Assembly: GCA_030655315.1 (NCBI GenBank)
Contig: JAURVT010000053.1
Coordinates: 11,917-35,916 of the forward strand
Reading direction: 5' to 3'
DNA from: Nocardioidaceae bacterium
GTDB taxonomy: Bacteria > Actinomycetota > Actinomycetes > Propionibacteriales > Nocardioidaceae
Length of the DNA: 24,000 bases
In this document: piece after piece, positions 1-7,601 of the stretch
How the letters are laid out: the number at the start of each line of letters is the position of its first letter
Position numbering within the stretch: the stretch's first letter is position 1
Translations under genes and position numbers: made by a program
The notes under the pieces: model-generated
Seen by the model: only the letters and a program-made list of their open reading frames with translations
Databases searched by the model: none
What the model was told of the DNA's origin: nothing

Positions 1-1045
1 CGCGCAGGCCCTGGACGACCGCGTCGTAGTCGTCGTCGACCGCTGCGCGCAGCAGCCGTCCGGTGGCGGCGGGCAGCGACCCGCCGGGGAGCCGGGCGAC
101 GGCGCCGTAGTCGACGACGCCGAGCCGGCCGTCGTCGAGGATGCGGAAGTTGCCGGGGTGGGGGTCGGCATGGAGCAGACCGACGCGCTCGGGGCCGGCG
201 AACAGGAACCGGACGTAGCTCTGACCGAAGCGGTCGCGCTCCTCCTGGGTCCCGGAATCGATGAGCGCGGCGAGCGAGCCCGAGCTCTCCAGCCAGCGCG
301 AGACCAGCACCGTGCTGGAGTGTGCGAGCACCTCGGGGACGTCGATGTCGGGGTCGCCGGCGAAGGCCTCGGCGAACTGCTGCTGGGCCTGCGCCTCGAG
401 GTCGTAGTCCAGCTCCTCGATGATGCGGTCGCGCAGCTCTTGCACGAGGGGCTTCACCTCGAGACCGGGCGCCAGCACCGCGAACATCCGCGCGATGCGG
501 GAGATCTGCTTGAGGTCGGTCTCGAGGGCACGGGCCGCCCCGGGGTACTGGACCTTGACGGCCACCTCACGGCCGTCGTGCCAGCGCGCACGGTGCACCT
601 GACCGATGGACGCGGCCGCGGCCGGCGCGTCGTCGAACCGCTCGAACTTGTCGCGCCAGTCGTCGCCGAGCTCGCGGGCGAGGACGCGGTGGACGGCGCG
701 CGCGCTCATCGGGGGCGCGGAGTCCTGGAGCTTGCGGAGGGTCTCGCGGTAGGGCTTGGCGACCTCCTCGGGCAGCGCCGACTCGAAGACGCTCATGGCC
801 TGGCCGAACTTCATCGCCCCGCCCTTGAGCTCGCCCAGGACGCTGAAGATCTGCTCGGCGGTACGGCGTTGCACCTCGGTCATCACGGCGTCGGCCGGTC
901 GTCCGGCGATCCGACGGCCGAGGCCCATCGTGGTGCGGCCGGCGAACCCGAGCGGAAGGCTCGCGAGCCGCGCGGTGCGTCGGACGGCGCCGCTCGGGAA
1001 GGCCGAGCGGTCGGTGTCGCTGTCGTCACGGTCCCGATCGGTCAT
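1..1045 (-). CDS. ABC1/UbiB (AarF-domain) atypical protein kinase family protein, C-terminus beyond window edge
   Basis: Hand translation of the minus strand from ATG at 1045 gives MTDRDRDDSDTDRSAF...GELKGGAMKFGQAMSVFESALPEE...AAASIGQVHRARWHDGREVAVKVQYPG...LHADPHPGNFRILDDGRLGVVDYGAV. These are the characteristic ABC1 motifs (KFGQ, ASIGQVH, AVKVQ[YR]PG, HxDxHPGN, DxG). The ORF is absent from the supplied track because it runs off position 1. The overlapping + ORF 158..1246 is a shadow ORF. Confidence 0.9.
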   Translation of the reverse strand, partial: MTDRDRDDSDTDRSAFPSGAVRRTARLASLPLGFAGRTTMGLGRRIAGRPADAVMTEVQRRTAEQIFSVLGELKGGAMKFGQAMSVFESALPEEVAKPYRETLRKLQDSAPPMSARAVHRVLARELGDDWRDKFERFDDAPAAAASIGQVHRARWHDGREVAVKVQYPGAARALETDLKQISRIARMFAVLAPGLEVKPLVQELRDRIIEELDYDLEAQAQQQFAEAFAGDPDIDVPEVLAHSSTVLVSRWLESSGSLAALIDSGTQEERDRFGQSYVRFLFAGPERVGLLHADPHPGNFRILDDGRLGVVDYGAVARLPGGSLPAATGRLLRAAVDDDYDAVVQGLR

Positions 1046-1055
1046 GTCCCCATTG

Positions 1056-1982
1056 TCACCGTGGGGATGGCTCCTGGCCGAACGAGCCCCGGCAGGTGCA
1101 CCCCGGGTGGAACCCCGCGGGCACGCAGTCCAGGTCCCAGGGCCCGGGCCCCACGGCCAGCACCGCGCCGTAGGTGGAGGCCCCCTCGTCGTCGAGGTGG
1201 GCGAGCACCTCGGTGGCGACGGCGGCCGCCACGATCGGCGCCGTGACGGCCGAGAGGCCGTCGGGTCCGTGTTCAGGTGGCGTGCACAGCGGCTGGTCGA
1301 GCTGGGCGAGCAGTGCGGGCCAGGCCGCGTCCCACGTGGTGCGTCCGGCGTCGGCGCAGGTGACGCAGGGCGTGCGGCCGGGCACCACGAGGGGACCGAC
1401 GTGGGCCCGTCCCTGCTCGAGGAAGACCGGCAGGTGGGTGAGCCCGCCGTGCTGCAGCACCTCGAACGGCTCGCGCGGGCTCGGCCGGTCGGTGAGGACC
1501 ACGACCAGGTCCGGCGCGTCGGTCGGCGTCGTGGAGCACGGGACCGCGGCTGTCGTGAGGATGTCGACCAGGTGGCCGCAGAGCGTGGCCAGGCCGGGGC
1601 ACGAGATCACCTCCACCCGCGACGCGGCCCGTCGTGCCAGTCGGCGGGCGCCCGCATCGGGTCCCACCCCGCGACAGGCCAGGTGGGCCGCCTCCAGCCG
1701 GGCCGGCGGGGGAGCGACGCCCCACTGGTCCGCGTCCACCACCACGCCGGCCGCGCAGAGCTCGCCGACGACCTCGCCCACGTCACGGGCCAGGGCCGCC
1801 GCGTGACGTCCGGCGTCGAGACGCAGCGCGGCGAGGTCGCGGACGCCGTCCATCAGCCGGATCAGCTCGACGAGCCCGGGTGCGTCGCGCAGCACGTGGG
1901 CATGGCGTGGCGTCGTGCCCACCTGCAGGTGGGTGGGGTCGCGGCGCAGCACGACCGAGCCGGGACGGAGCACAGGGCGCAT
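1056..1982 (-). CDS. Conserved hypothetical protein, degenerate E1/ThiF-fold (TOMM cyclodehydratase docking-domain-like); function unknown
   Basis: Lies in the track ORF 1056..2243. I place the start at ATG 1982 (MRPVLRPGSVVLRRDPTHLQVG...), which follows GGAGG with a 5-nt spacer. The upstream 87 codons are Arg/Pro-rich with lower third-position GC. A Cys pair (PCVTCAD) and HPGCTC recall the zinc sites of E1-like enzymes. It ends 10 nt before the ABC1 kinase start, suggesting an operon. Family assignment is from memory of actinobacterial annotation and is tentative. Confidence 0.55.
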   Translation of the reverse strand: MRPVLRPGSVVLRRDPTHLQVGTTPRHAHVLRDAPGLVELIRLMDGVRDLAALRLDAGRHAAALARDVGEVVGELCAAGVVVDADQWGVAPPPARLEAAHLACRGVGPDAGARRLARRAASRVEVISCPGLATLCGHLVDILTTAAVPCSTTPTDAPDLVVVLTDRPSPREPFEVLQHGGLTHLPVFLEQGRAHVGPLVVPGRTPCVTCADAGRTTWDAAWPALLAQLDQPLCTPPEHGPDGLSAVTAPIVAAAVATEVLAHLDDEGASTYGAVLAVGPGPWDLDCVPAGFHPGCTCRGSFGQEPSPR

Positions 1983-2478
1983 CGGGACCTCCGGGGACGA
2001 CCGGCGGCTCGGGCGCCGCCGGTCCTCCAGCCTGCACCCGCGACGGGCCCGTCCGGCCGTCGTCCACAGGGCAATCCCGGCGGACCTGCCGGAGGGCCTC
2101 GAGAGCCGCAGGCGGGGGACCGGTCCGCCCCACGAGGCGGCGACGTCGCCGGTCCGGGTGCCCACGGCAGAGGCCCCCGGTGGGTTCGGTCGTGTCCACC
2201 TTCCCCAGCGGACGCTTCCGGCCACCGAGGGCCTCGGGCACACGTTATGCCGGGCGCGCGACGGTCGTCAACCGAGCCGTGCGCCGCGTTGTCCACCCCT
2301 GTGGAAAACCCTGGGGACAGCGTGTGGGCGACGCGCCATGGGCCTGTGGAGCCCGTGTGGAGAGAGGGACCGGAGCTGTTGACGGCCGCAGGGCTGAGCA
2401 GGGGTGCGGGGCGTTGACCTGCGACGATCCGGTCCCCACCGTGTGGACCCGGATTCCTCGTCGCACCCGGCGGCTACC

Positions 2479-3069
2479 GTGATCGGCGTGACCCCTCGAC
2501 GACCCGCGCCACGCCCGGCGGTGCGCAGCGTGGAGGAGGTGCGCCCCGGCGTGGAGGTGCGCCGCAGCAGCCGCCGTCGGCGCTCGGTGCAGGCCTACCG
2601 CGAGGGCGGTCGCATCATCGTGCTGGTCCCCGCCGCCCTCACCGCCGCCGAGGAGGCGCGCTGGGTCGACACGATGGTGGAGCGGCTGGAGAAGCGCGGC
2701 ACGAGCACCCGGCGGAGCGACGAGTCGCTGCTCGCGCGGGCGCTCGAGCTGGGGGCGGCCCACCTCGACGGCACCGCCGTGCCGGCGAGCGTGCGGTGGG
2801 TCGACAACCAGCACACCCGCTGGGGCTCCTGCACCCCGGGCGACCGGTCCATCCGGCTGTCGAGCCGGCTGCGGTCGATGCCCGACTGGGTCGTCGACTA
2901 CGTGCTCGTGCACGAGCTCGCGCACCTGCGGGTGGCCAGCCACGGGCCCGACTTCTGGGCGCTCGTCGACCGGTTCCCGCTCACCGAGCGGGCGCGGGGC
3001 TACCTCGAGGGCTGGTCAGCCGCCGGCGGGGCCGGCGAGGCCGTGCCCGGCGACGCCGAGGTCGACTGA
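2479..3069 (+). CDS. YgjP/DUF45-type (M48-like) HEXXH metal-dependent hydrolase
   Basis: Has the motif YVLVHELAHLRVASHGPDFWALV (HEXXH followed by H..FW), preceded by VEVRRSSRRRRSVQAYREGGRIIVLVP and RWGSCTP, all typical of the family. The start is uncertain. In-frame GTGs occur at 2479, 2521, 2530, 2539 and 2551, and third-position GC becomes uniformly high only after about 2515. Confidence 0.8.
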   Translation: MIGVTPRRPAPRPAVRSVEEVRPGVEVRRSSRRRRSVQAYREGGRIIVLVPAALTAAEEARWVDTMVERLEKRGTSTRRSDESLLARALELGAAHLDGTAVPASVRWVDNQHTRWGSCTPGDRSIRLSSRLRSMPDWVVDYVLVHELAHLRVASHGPDFWALVDRFPLTERARGYLEGWSAAGGAGEAVPGDAEVD

Positions 3070-3608
3070 CCCACCCGTCGCACCGCCGCGCGGACCAGGT
3101 CGTGGACCGACTCGTCGCAACCCGGCGGGAGGTCGTCCACGTCGAACCAGCGCAGGTCGGTGGACTCCTCGCTGCGCACCGGGACGGCGCCGGGCGCCGC
3201 GGTCGCGACGTACTGGACGTCGAGGTGGTGCGCCGGGCTCACCGGGCCGCACGGCACCTCGTGACGGGACAGCAGCACCGGCTCGGGGTCGAGGACGAGG
3301 GCGTCGATGCCCGTCTCCTCGCGGCCCTCGCGGAGGGCCGCGTCGGCCAGCGAGACGTCGTCGGGCTCGCAGTGGCCGCCGGTCTGGAGCCACCGGCCGA
3401 GCCGCGCGTGCAGCGTCAGCACGACCTGCCTCGCGTCGGCCGAGAGCACCGCGACGCTCGCCGTGAGGTGGTCGGGGTGGCACGAGCGCCAGGCGGCGTC
3501 GTCGTGCCCCCGCAGGTGCGCGACGTAGTCGTCACGCAGCGAGCGCTGCGCGACGTCGTCGTGCTCCCACGAGCCGAGCACCCGCAGGGCGTCGGCGCGC
3601 AGCGTCAC
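3000..3608 (-). CDS. NUDIX hydrolase
   Basis: Nudix box GGHCEPDDVSLADAALREGREETGI. The GTG start at 3608 overlaps the stop of the upstream gene (GTGA). The 3' end overlaps the convergent YgjP-like gene by 70 nt. Confidence 0.85.
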   Translation of the reverse strand: MTLRADALRVLGSWEHDDVAQRSLRDDYVAHLRGHDDAAWRSCHPDHLTASVAVLSADARQVVLTLHARLGRWLQTGGHCEPDDVSLADAALREGREETGIDALVLDPEPVLLSRHEVPCGPVSPAHHLDVQYVATAAPGAVPVRSEESTDLRWFDVDDLPPGCDESVHDLVRAAVRRVGQSTSASPGTASPAPPAADQPSR

Positions 3609-5002
3609 CGCGGGGTGTCGGTCGGGCCGTCGGTGCCCGCGTCGCCCTCGTCACCCTGGTCGGGCTCCTCGGTCGCACGCGCCTCGTCCGACGCCTCGGC
3701 CTCGCCCTGCTCGAGCAGGTCGGCCAGCGCGGCGTCGAAGTCGTCCTCGGCGGCGACGTCGTCGTCGGACCGCTCGCCCTGGGCGAACCCGAGCGGGTCG
3801 TCCAGGTCGGAGGCCGAGGGCATCAGGTCGGGGTGGGCCCAGACGGCGTCGCGCGCCTCGGCGCCCTGGCGGTCGCGCAGTGCGGCCCACAGGGTGGCGG
3901 CGTCGCGGAGACGGCGGGGCCGCAGCTCCAGACCCACCAGCGTGGCGAACGCCTGCTCGGCCGGTCCGCCGGTGGCGCGACGTCGACGCATGGCCTCGCG
4001 GAGCTTGGGGGCCGACGGCATGGTCTCGCGGGTGGCCTGGTCGACGACGTCGTCGACCCAGCCCTCGACGAAGGCCAGCAGGGCCTCGAGCCGGTCGAGC
4101 GCGGCCTGCTGCTCGGCCGTGCGCTGGGGCTCGAACAGGCCCTCCTGCATGGCCTCCTGGATGGCGCCCGGGTTGGTGGGGTCGATCGAGCCGAGCTTGG
4201 CCTCGATGCCCGCCACGTCGATGGTGGTGCCGCGGCCGAAGGCCTCCACGGCGCCGACCAGCCGGCCGCGCAGCCAGGGCGCGTGGGCGAAGAGCCGGTG
4301 GTGGGCGCACTCGCGGATGACGACGTAGAGCAGCACGTCGGCGTCGCTGACCTCGAGGCCCTCGCCGAACGCGGCGATGTTGGACGGCAGGACGGCTGCC
4401 AGGCCCTCGGGGCCGAGGGGGAGCCCGACGTCGGTGCTCGAGTGGACCTCGGAGGCCAGGCCACCGAGTGCCTGCCCGACCTGCTGGCCGAACATCGCCC
4501 CGCCGGCCTGGGTGAGCATGCCGAGCAGGGGCCCGACCATCGCCTTGGCCTCCTCGGGGATGGCCTTTCCCATGGCCCCGACGACGTGCTCGGCGATCGG
4601 CTCGACCAGGCCGCGCCACGTGTCGGAGGTGTGCTCCACCCACTCCGCGCGGCTCCACGCCGCCGAGGCGGTGGCGCCCGCGGGCAGGCCGGTGGCGCGG
4701 TCGAGCCACGTCTCGGCCAGGCGGACGGCGTCGGCGACCGCACCGCTCTGGTTGCTGGTGGGCGACGGGTCGGGCGAGGCCGCGACGGTGTGACGGGCGA
4801 CGTCCTTGGCGGTGTCCCAGTTCACCGCACCCTCGTGCGGGGCGAACATCCGCTGCATCTGGCCCATCAGCGCGTTCATGTCGGGCATCTGGCCGCTGCC
4901 GAACGCCTTGAACACGTCCTCCATCGGCGTCCCGGCGAACGGGTTCGTCTGCTTGCGACGCGGGTCGTCGGGGTCGTTGGTCTCGTCGGGTTCGCCAGCC
5001 AT
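3605..5002 (-). CDS. DUF2342-type 'zinc-dependent metalloprotease'-family protein (Rv3195-like)
   Basis: 465-aa ORF with high third-position GC. Has a conserved-looking core ...DADVLLYVVIRECAHHRLFAHAPWLRGRL... and an acidic C-terminal tail. The position next to the Lon-like protease and UPF0182 genes matches conserved actinobacterial synteny as I recall it. A canonical HEXXH is not present (see findings). Confidence 0.7.
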   Translation of the reverse strand: MAGEPDETNDPDDPRRKQTNPFAGTPMEDVFKAFGSGQMPDMNALMGQMQRMFAPHEGAVNWDTAKDVARHTVAASPDPSPTSNQSGAVADAVRLAETWLDRATGLPAGATASAAWSRAEWVEHTSDTWRGLVEPIAEHVVGAMGKAIPEEAKAMVGPLLGMLTQAGGAMFGQQVGQALGGLASEVHSSTDVGLPLGPEGLAAVLPSNIAAFGEGLEVSDADVLLYVVIRECAHHRLFAHAPWLRGRLVGAVEAFGRGTTIDVAGIEAKLGSIDPTNPGAIQEAMQEGLFEPQRTAEQQAALDRLEALLAFVEGWVDDVVDQATRETMPSAPKLREAMRRRRATGGPAEQAFATLVGLELRPRRLRDAATLWAALRDRQGAEARDAVWAHPDLMPSASDLDDPLGFAQGERSDDDVAAEDDFDAALADLLEQGEAEASDEARATEEPDQGDEGDAGTDGPTDTPR

Positions 5003-5064
5003 GCGTCCAACGTACCGGCTGCACGCCCAGCACCACCCTCGACGAGACGCCTACTCTGTGCGCC

Positions 5065-5490
5065 ATGAGCGAACCGATCCGCCTGGTCGACCTCCGCGAG
5101 GACGCCCTGAGCATCGACGAGGTCTACCGGTCCGTGCTCGACGACGCCGCGGGCGCCGTCGACGTCTTCGTGGGGACGGTCCGCGACCACGACCACGACC
5201 GCGGCGTCACCTCGCTGCAGTACTCGGCCCACCCGACCGTCGTGGCGCAGATGCGCGCGGTCGTCCAGGCCGTCGCCGACCGCCACGAGGCGATCGCCTT
5301 CTCGGTCGTCCACCGCGTCGGCGACCTGGCCATCGGCGACCTCGCCGTCGTCGCCGCCGTCTCGGCCGCCCACCGCGGCCAGGCCTTCGACGCCTGCCGG
5401 GCCCTCGTCGACGACCTCAAGTCCCAGGTCCCCATCTGGAAGCACCAGGTGTTCTCCGACGGATCTACCGAGTGGGTCGGCTCCCCGTGA
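5065..5490 (+). CDS. moaE: Molybdopterin synthase catalytic subunit MoaE
   Basis: 141 aa. Contains GAVDVFVGTVRDH...VTSLQYSAHP...VVHRVGDLAIGDLAVVAAVSAAHRGQAFDACRALVDDLKSQVPIWKHQ, the typical MoaE signature (...HR.EAF.A....D.lK..vPIWK). Confidence 0.9.
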   Translation: MSEPIRLVDLREDALSIDEVYRSVLDDAAGAVDVFVGTVRDHDHDRGVTSLQYSAHPTVVAQMRAVVQAVADRHEAIAFSVVHRVGDLAIGDLAVVAAVSAAHRGQAFDACRALVDDLKSQVPIWKHQVFSDGSTEWVGSP

Positions 5491-5696
5491 CCCCGTGGCG
5501 CCGGCATCCCGCCTGACGGCGTTGCCGCCTCGTCGGCGAACAAGACCAGTTCGCGTTCTTCGTCGCGCCTGGTCAGCCGGGGCGCCGGCACCACGGGCGT
5601 TGCTCGACGCTCGGAGGACGAGACCGGTTGCGGTCGGTCCGGCCCCGCGGGCACGCCTGCCGGGATCGGCGGGGGAGCACCCGTAGACTTCACGGC

Positions 5697-5933
5697 GTGA
5701 TGGTCCTGCTCTGGCTCGCGGTGCCGATCGGCGTCGCGGTGCTCGCGATGGTCTGGGCCGCGTGGTCCGGACGGCGCCGTCGGCGGGAGCCCAGCCGCGA
5801 CGCCGCGCACGCCCGGTTCAGCGCCGCCGTCACGCGTCCGCTGCCCGCGCGGGCCCGCACCGTCGTCGCCCAGCGCCCCGAGCGGCCCACCGGCATCGCC
5901 GTGCGCCCCTCGCAGCACCGCACCCGGTCCTGA
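5697..5933 (+). CDS. Small single-pass membrane protein (hypothetical)
   Basis: Within track ORF 5628..5933. GTG 5697 or ATG 5700 opens onto the hydrophobic helix VLLWLAVPIGVAVLAMVWAAW, followed by SGRRRRRE (positive-inside). It ends 10 nt before the Lon-like protease gene. No family recognised. Confidence 0.4.
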   Translation: MMVLLWLAVPIGVAVLAMVWAAWSGRRRRREPSRDAAHARFSAAVTRPLPARARTVVAQRPERPTGIAVRPSQHRTRS

Positions 5934-5943
5934 GGCCCGCCGC

Positions 5944-6990
5944 GTGACCCGTCGTTCCACCACGCTCGTCAGTGCGTCCGTGCTGTTGTTCGCGCTCGCG
6001 TTCGTGGCGTTCGTCCTCCCCGTCCCGTACGTCACCCTCAAGCCGGGGCCGACGGTCAACACCCTCGGCAGCTACGACGGCGACCCGGTGATCGAGATCG
6101 ACGGCGCCCGCACCTATCCCACCGACGGCTCGTTGCGCCTGACCACCGTGTCGGTCACCAGCGCCGACGCGCGGGTCAGCATCGCGCAGGCGTTCGCGTC
6201 GTACTTCGACGAGGACGACGCCGTCGTCCCGCGCAGCCAGTACTACCCCGAGGGCGTCGACCCGAAGCAGTCCGAGAAGCAGAGCGCGGACCAGATGTCG
6301 GGGTCCAAGCAGACCTCCGAGGCTGCCGCCCTGCGCGCCGCCGGGTACGACGTGCCAGCCGTCGTCACCGCCAGCCAGGTCGTCCAGGACGGCCCGTCGG
6401 CCGGCAAGGTCGAGGTCGGCGACCGCATCCGCACCGTCAACGGCACCCGCGCCAACGGCGCCGGCACGCTGATCAAGCTGGTCCGGGCCACCGAGCCGGG
6501 TCAGGTCGTCGAGCTCGGCATCACCCGCGACGGCCGGGACTCCACCGTCGACATCACCACCGACACCCTCCCCGACGCGCCCGGCATCGCCCGCGTGGGC
6601 GTCTCTCTGGCCGAGGACTTCGACTTCCCGATCACGGTGCGCAACAACCTCAGCGAGATCGGCGGACCCAGCGCGGGGACGATGTTCGCGCTCGCCATCT
6701 ACGACAAGCTCGAGCCCGGCGACCTCACCGGCGGCCGCAAGATCGCCGGCACCGGGGAGATCACGGCTGACGGCCAGGTGCTTCCCATCGGCGGCATCTC
6801 GCAGAAGATCGCCGGTGCCCACGAGGCCGGCGCGACCACGTTCCTGGTGCCCGAGGCGAACTGCGCCGAGGCCGCCGCCGGCCACGACTTCGGGCTGCGG
6901 CTCGTCGAGGTCGGCACCCTGAAGCAGGCGATCGACTCCCTGGAGAAGCTCGCCGACGACCCCGACGCGAAGGTGCCGACATGCCGGTGA
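5944..6990 (+). CDS. PDZ domain-containing Lon-like (S16) serine protease, membrane anchored (YlbL/Rv3194c-like)
   Basis: N-terminal TM helix LVSASVLLFALAFVAFVLPVPY. PDZ-like segment VQDGPSAGKVEVGDRIRTVNG. Lon catalytic module with IGGPSAGTMFALAIYD (Ser) and PIGGISQKIAGAHEAGATTFLVP (Lys). GTG start. Confidence 0.9.
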   Translation: MTRRSTTLVSASVLLFALAFVAFVLPVPYVTLKPGPTVNTLGSYDGDPVIEIDGARTYPTDGSLRLTTVSVTSADARVSIAQAFASYFDEDDAVVPRSQYYPEGVDPKQSEKQSADQMSGSKQTSEAAALRAAGYDVPAVVTASQVVQDGPSAGKVEVGDRIRTVNGTRANGAGTLIKLVRATEPGQVVELGITRDGRDSTVDITTDTLPDAPGIARVGVSLAEDFDFPITVRNNLSEIGGPSAGTMFALAIYDKLEPGDLTGGRKIAGTGEITADGQVLPIGGISQKIAGAHEAGATTFLVPEANCAEAAAGHDFGLRLVEVGTLKQAIDSLEKLADDPDAKVPTCR

Positions 6991-7541
6991 CTCCCGACCC
7001 CACCCAGCCCGACCTGCCCGGTCCCGACCCCGACGCGCCCATCCGCCGGGTGACCCTGGAGGTCGAGACCCACGTCGCCGCCGGCGGCTGGGACCAGGCC
7101 CCCCGCCTCTACGCGCTCGTCGCCACCACCGACCTGCTGGCCTCCGAGCCCGAGCTCGCCGAGCAGCTCGGCGTCGACGGCGGTGCCGAGGGCGCCCTGA
7201 CGCCCGTCGAGCAGGACGAGCTGCCCGACGACACCACCATCGAGGAGCTGCTCGAGCAGATCGCGTGGCCGCCGCAGGTCGTCGGCTGCGCCGTGGTGCT
7301 CGAGCGCCTGATGCTGCCGCCCGAGGCCGAGGCCGGCATGCCCGACGACCCGGACGCGGCCGCCGCGTACGCCGCCGAGCACCCCGAGCGCCAGGAGGTC
7401 CGGATCGCGGCCGCCGTGACGCGCCGCGGCGAGGCGCACTGCGCCGTCCGGCCGCACGTCGGGGACGGGGAGGACGTGCTCGAGGGCCCCGACCTCGTGC
7501 CCGGTCTGGTGGAGCTGCTTTTCCAGACCCTGGCAGACTGA
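6981..7541 (+). CDS. PPA1309-family conserved actinobacterial protein (function unknown)
   Basis: 186-aa acidic protein. Its start overlaps the protease stop by 10 nt (ATGCCGGTGA). Motifs GGWDQAPRLYALV...AWPPQVVGCAVVLERLMLPPEAE resemble the family usually found between the Lon-like and UPF0182 genes. Recognition is from memory. Confidence 0.6.
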   Translation: MPVTPDPTQPDLPGPDPDAPIRRVTLEVETHVAAGGWDQAPRLYALVATTDLLASEPELAEQLGVDGGAEGALTPVEQDELPDDTTIEELLEQIAWPPQVVGCAVVLERLMLPPEAEAGMPDDPDAAAAYAAEHPERQEVRIAAAVTRRGEAHCAVRPHVGDGEDVLEGPDLVPGLVELLFQTLAD

Positions 7542-7601
7542 CCCCCCGGGCCCGACCGGAATACCACAGCACGACCCGAGCACCATGACTCAAGGAGCAC
7601 A

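Noticed and set aside
2404-2478. The upstream start at 2404 for the YgjP-like gene as given in the track (221 aa).
   Set aside because: The first ~25 codons have noticeably lower third-position GC and encode an Arg/Ser/Pro-rich peptide. Family members as I recall them begin close to the ...VEVRRS.RRRR... segment. The true start is probably in 2479-2551.
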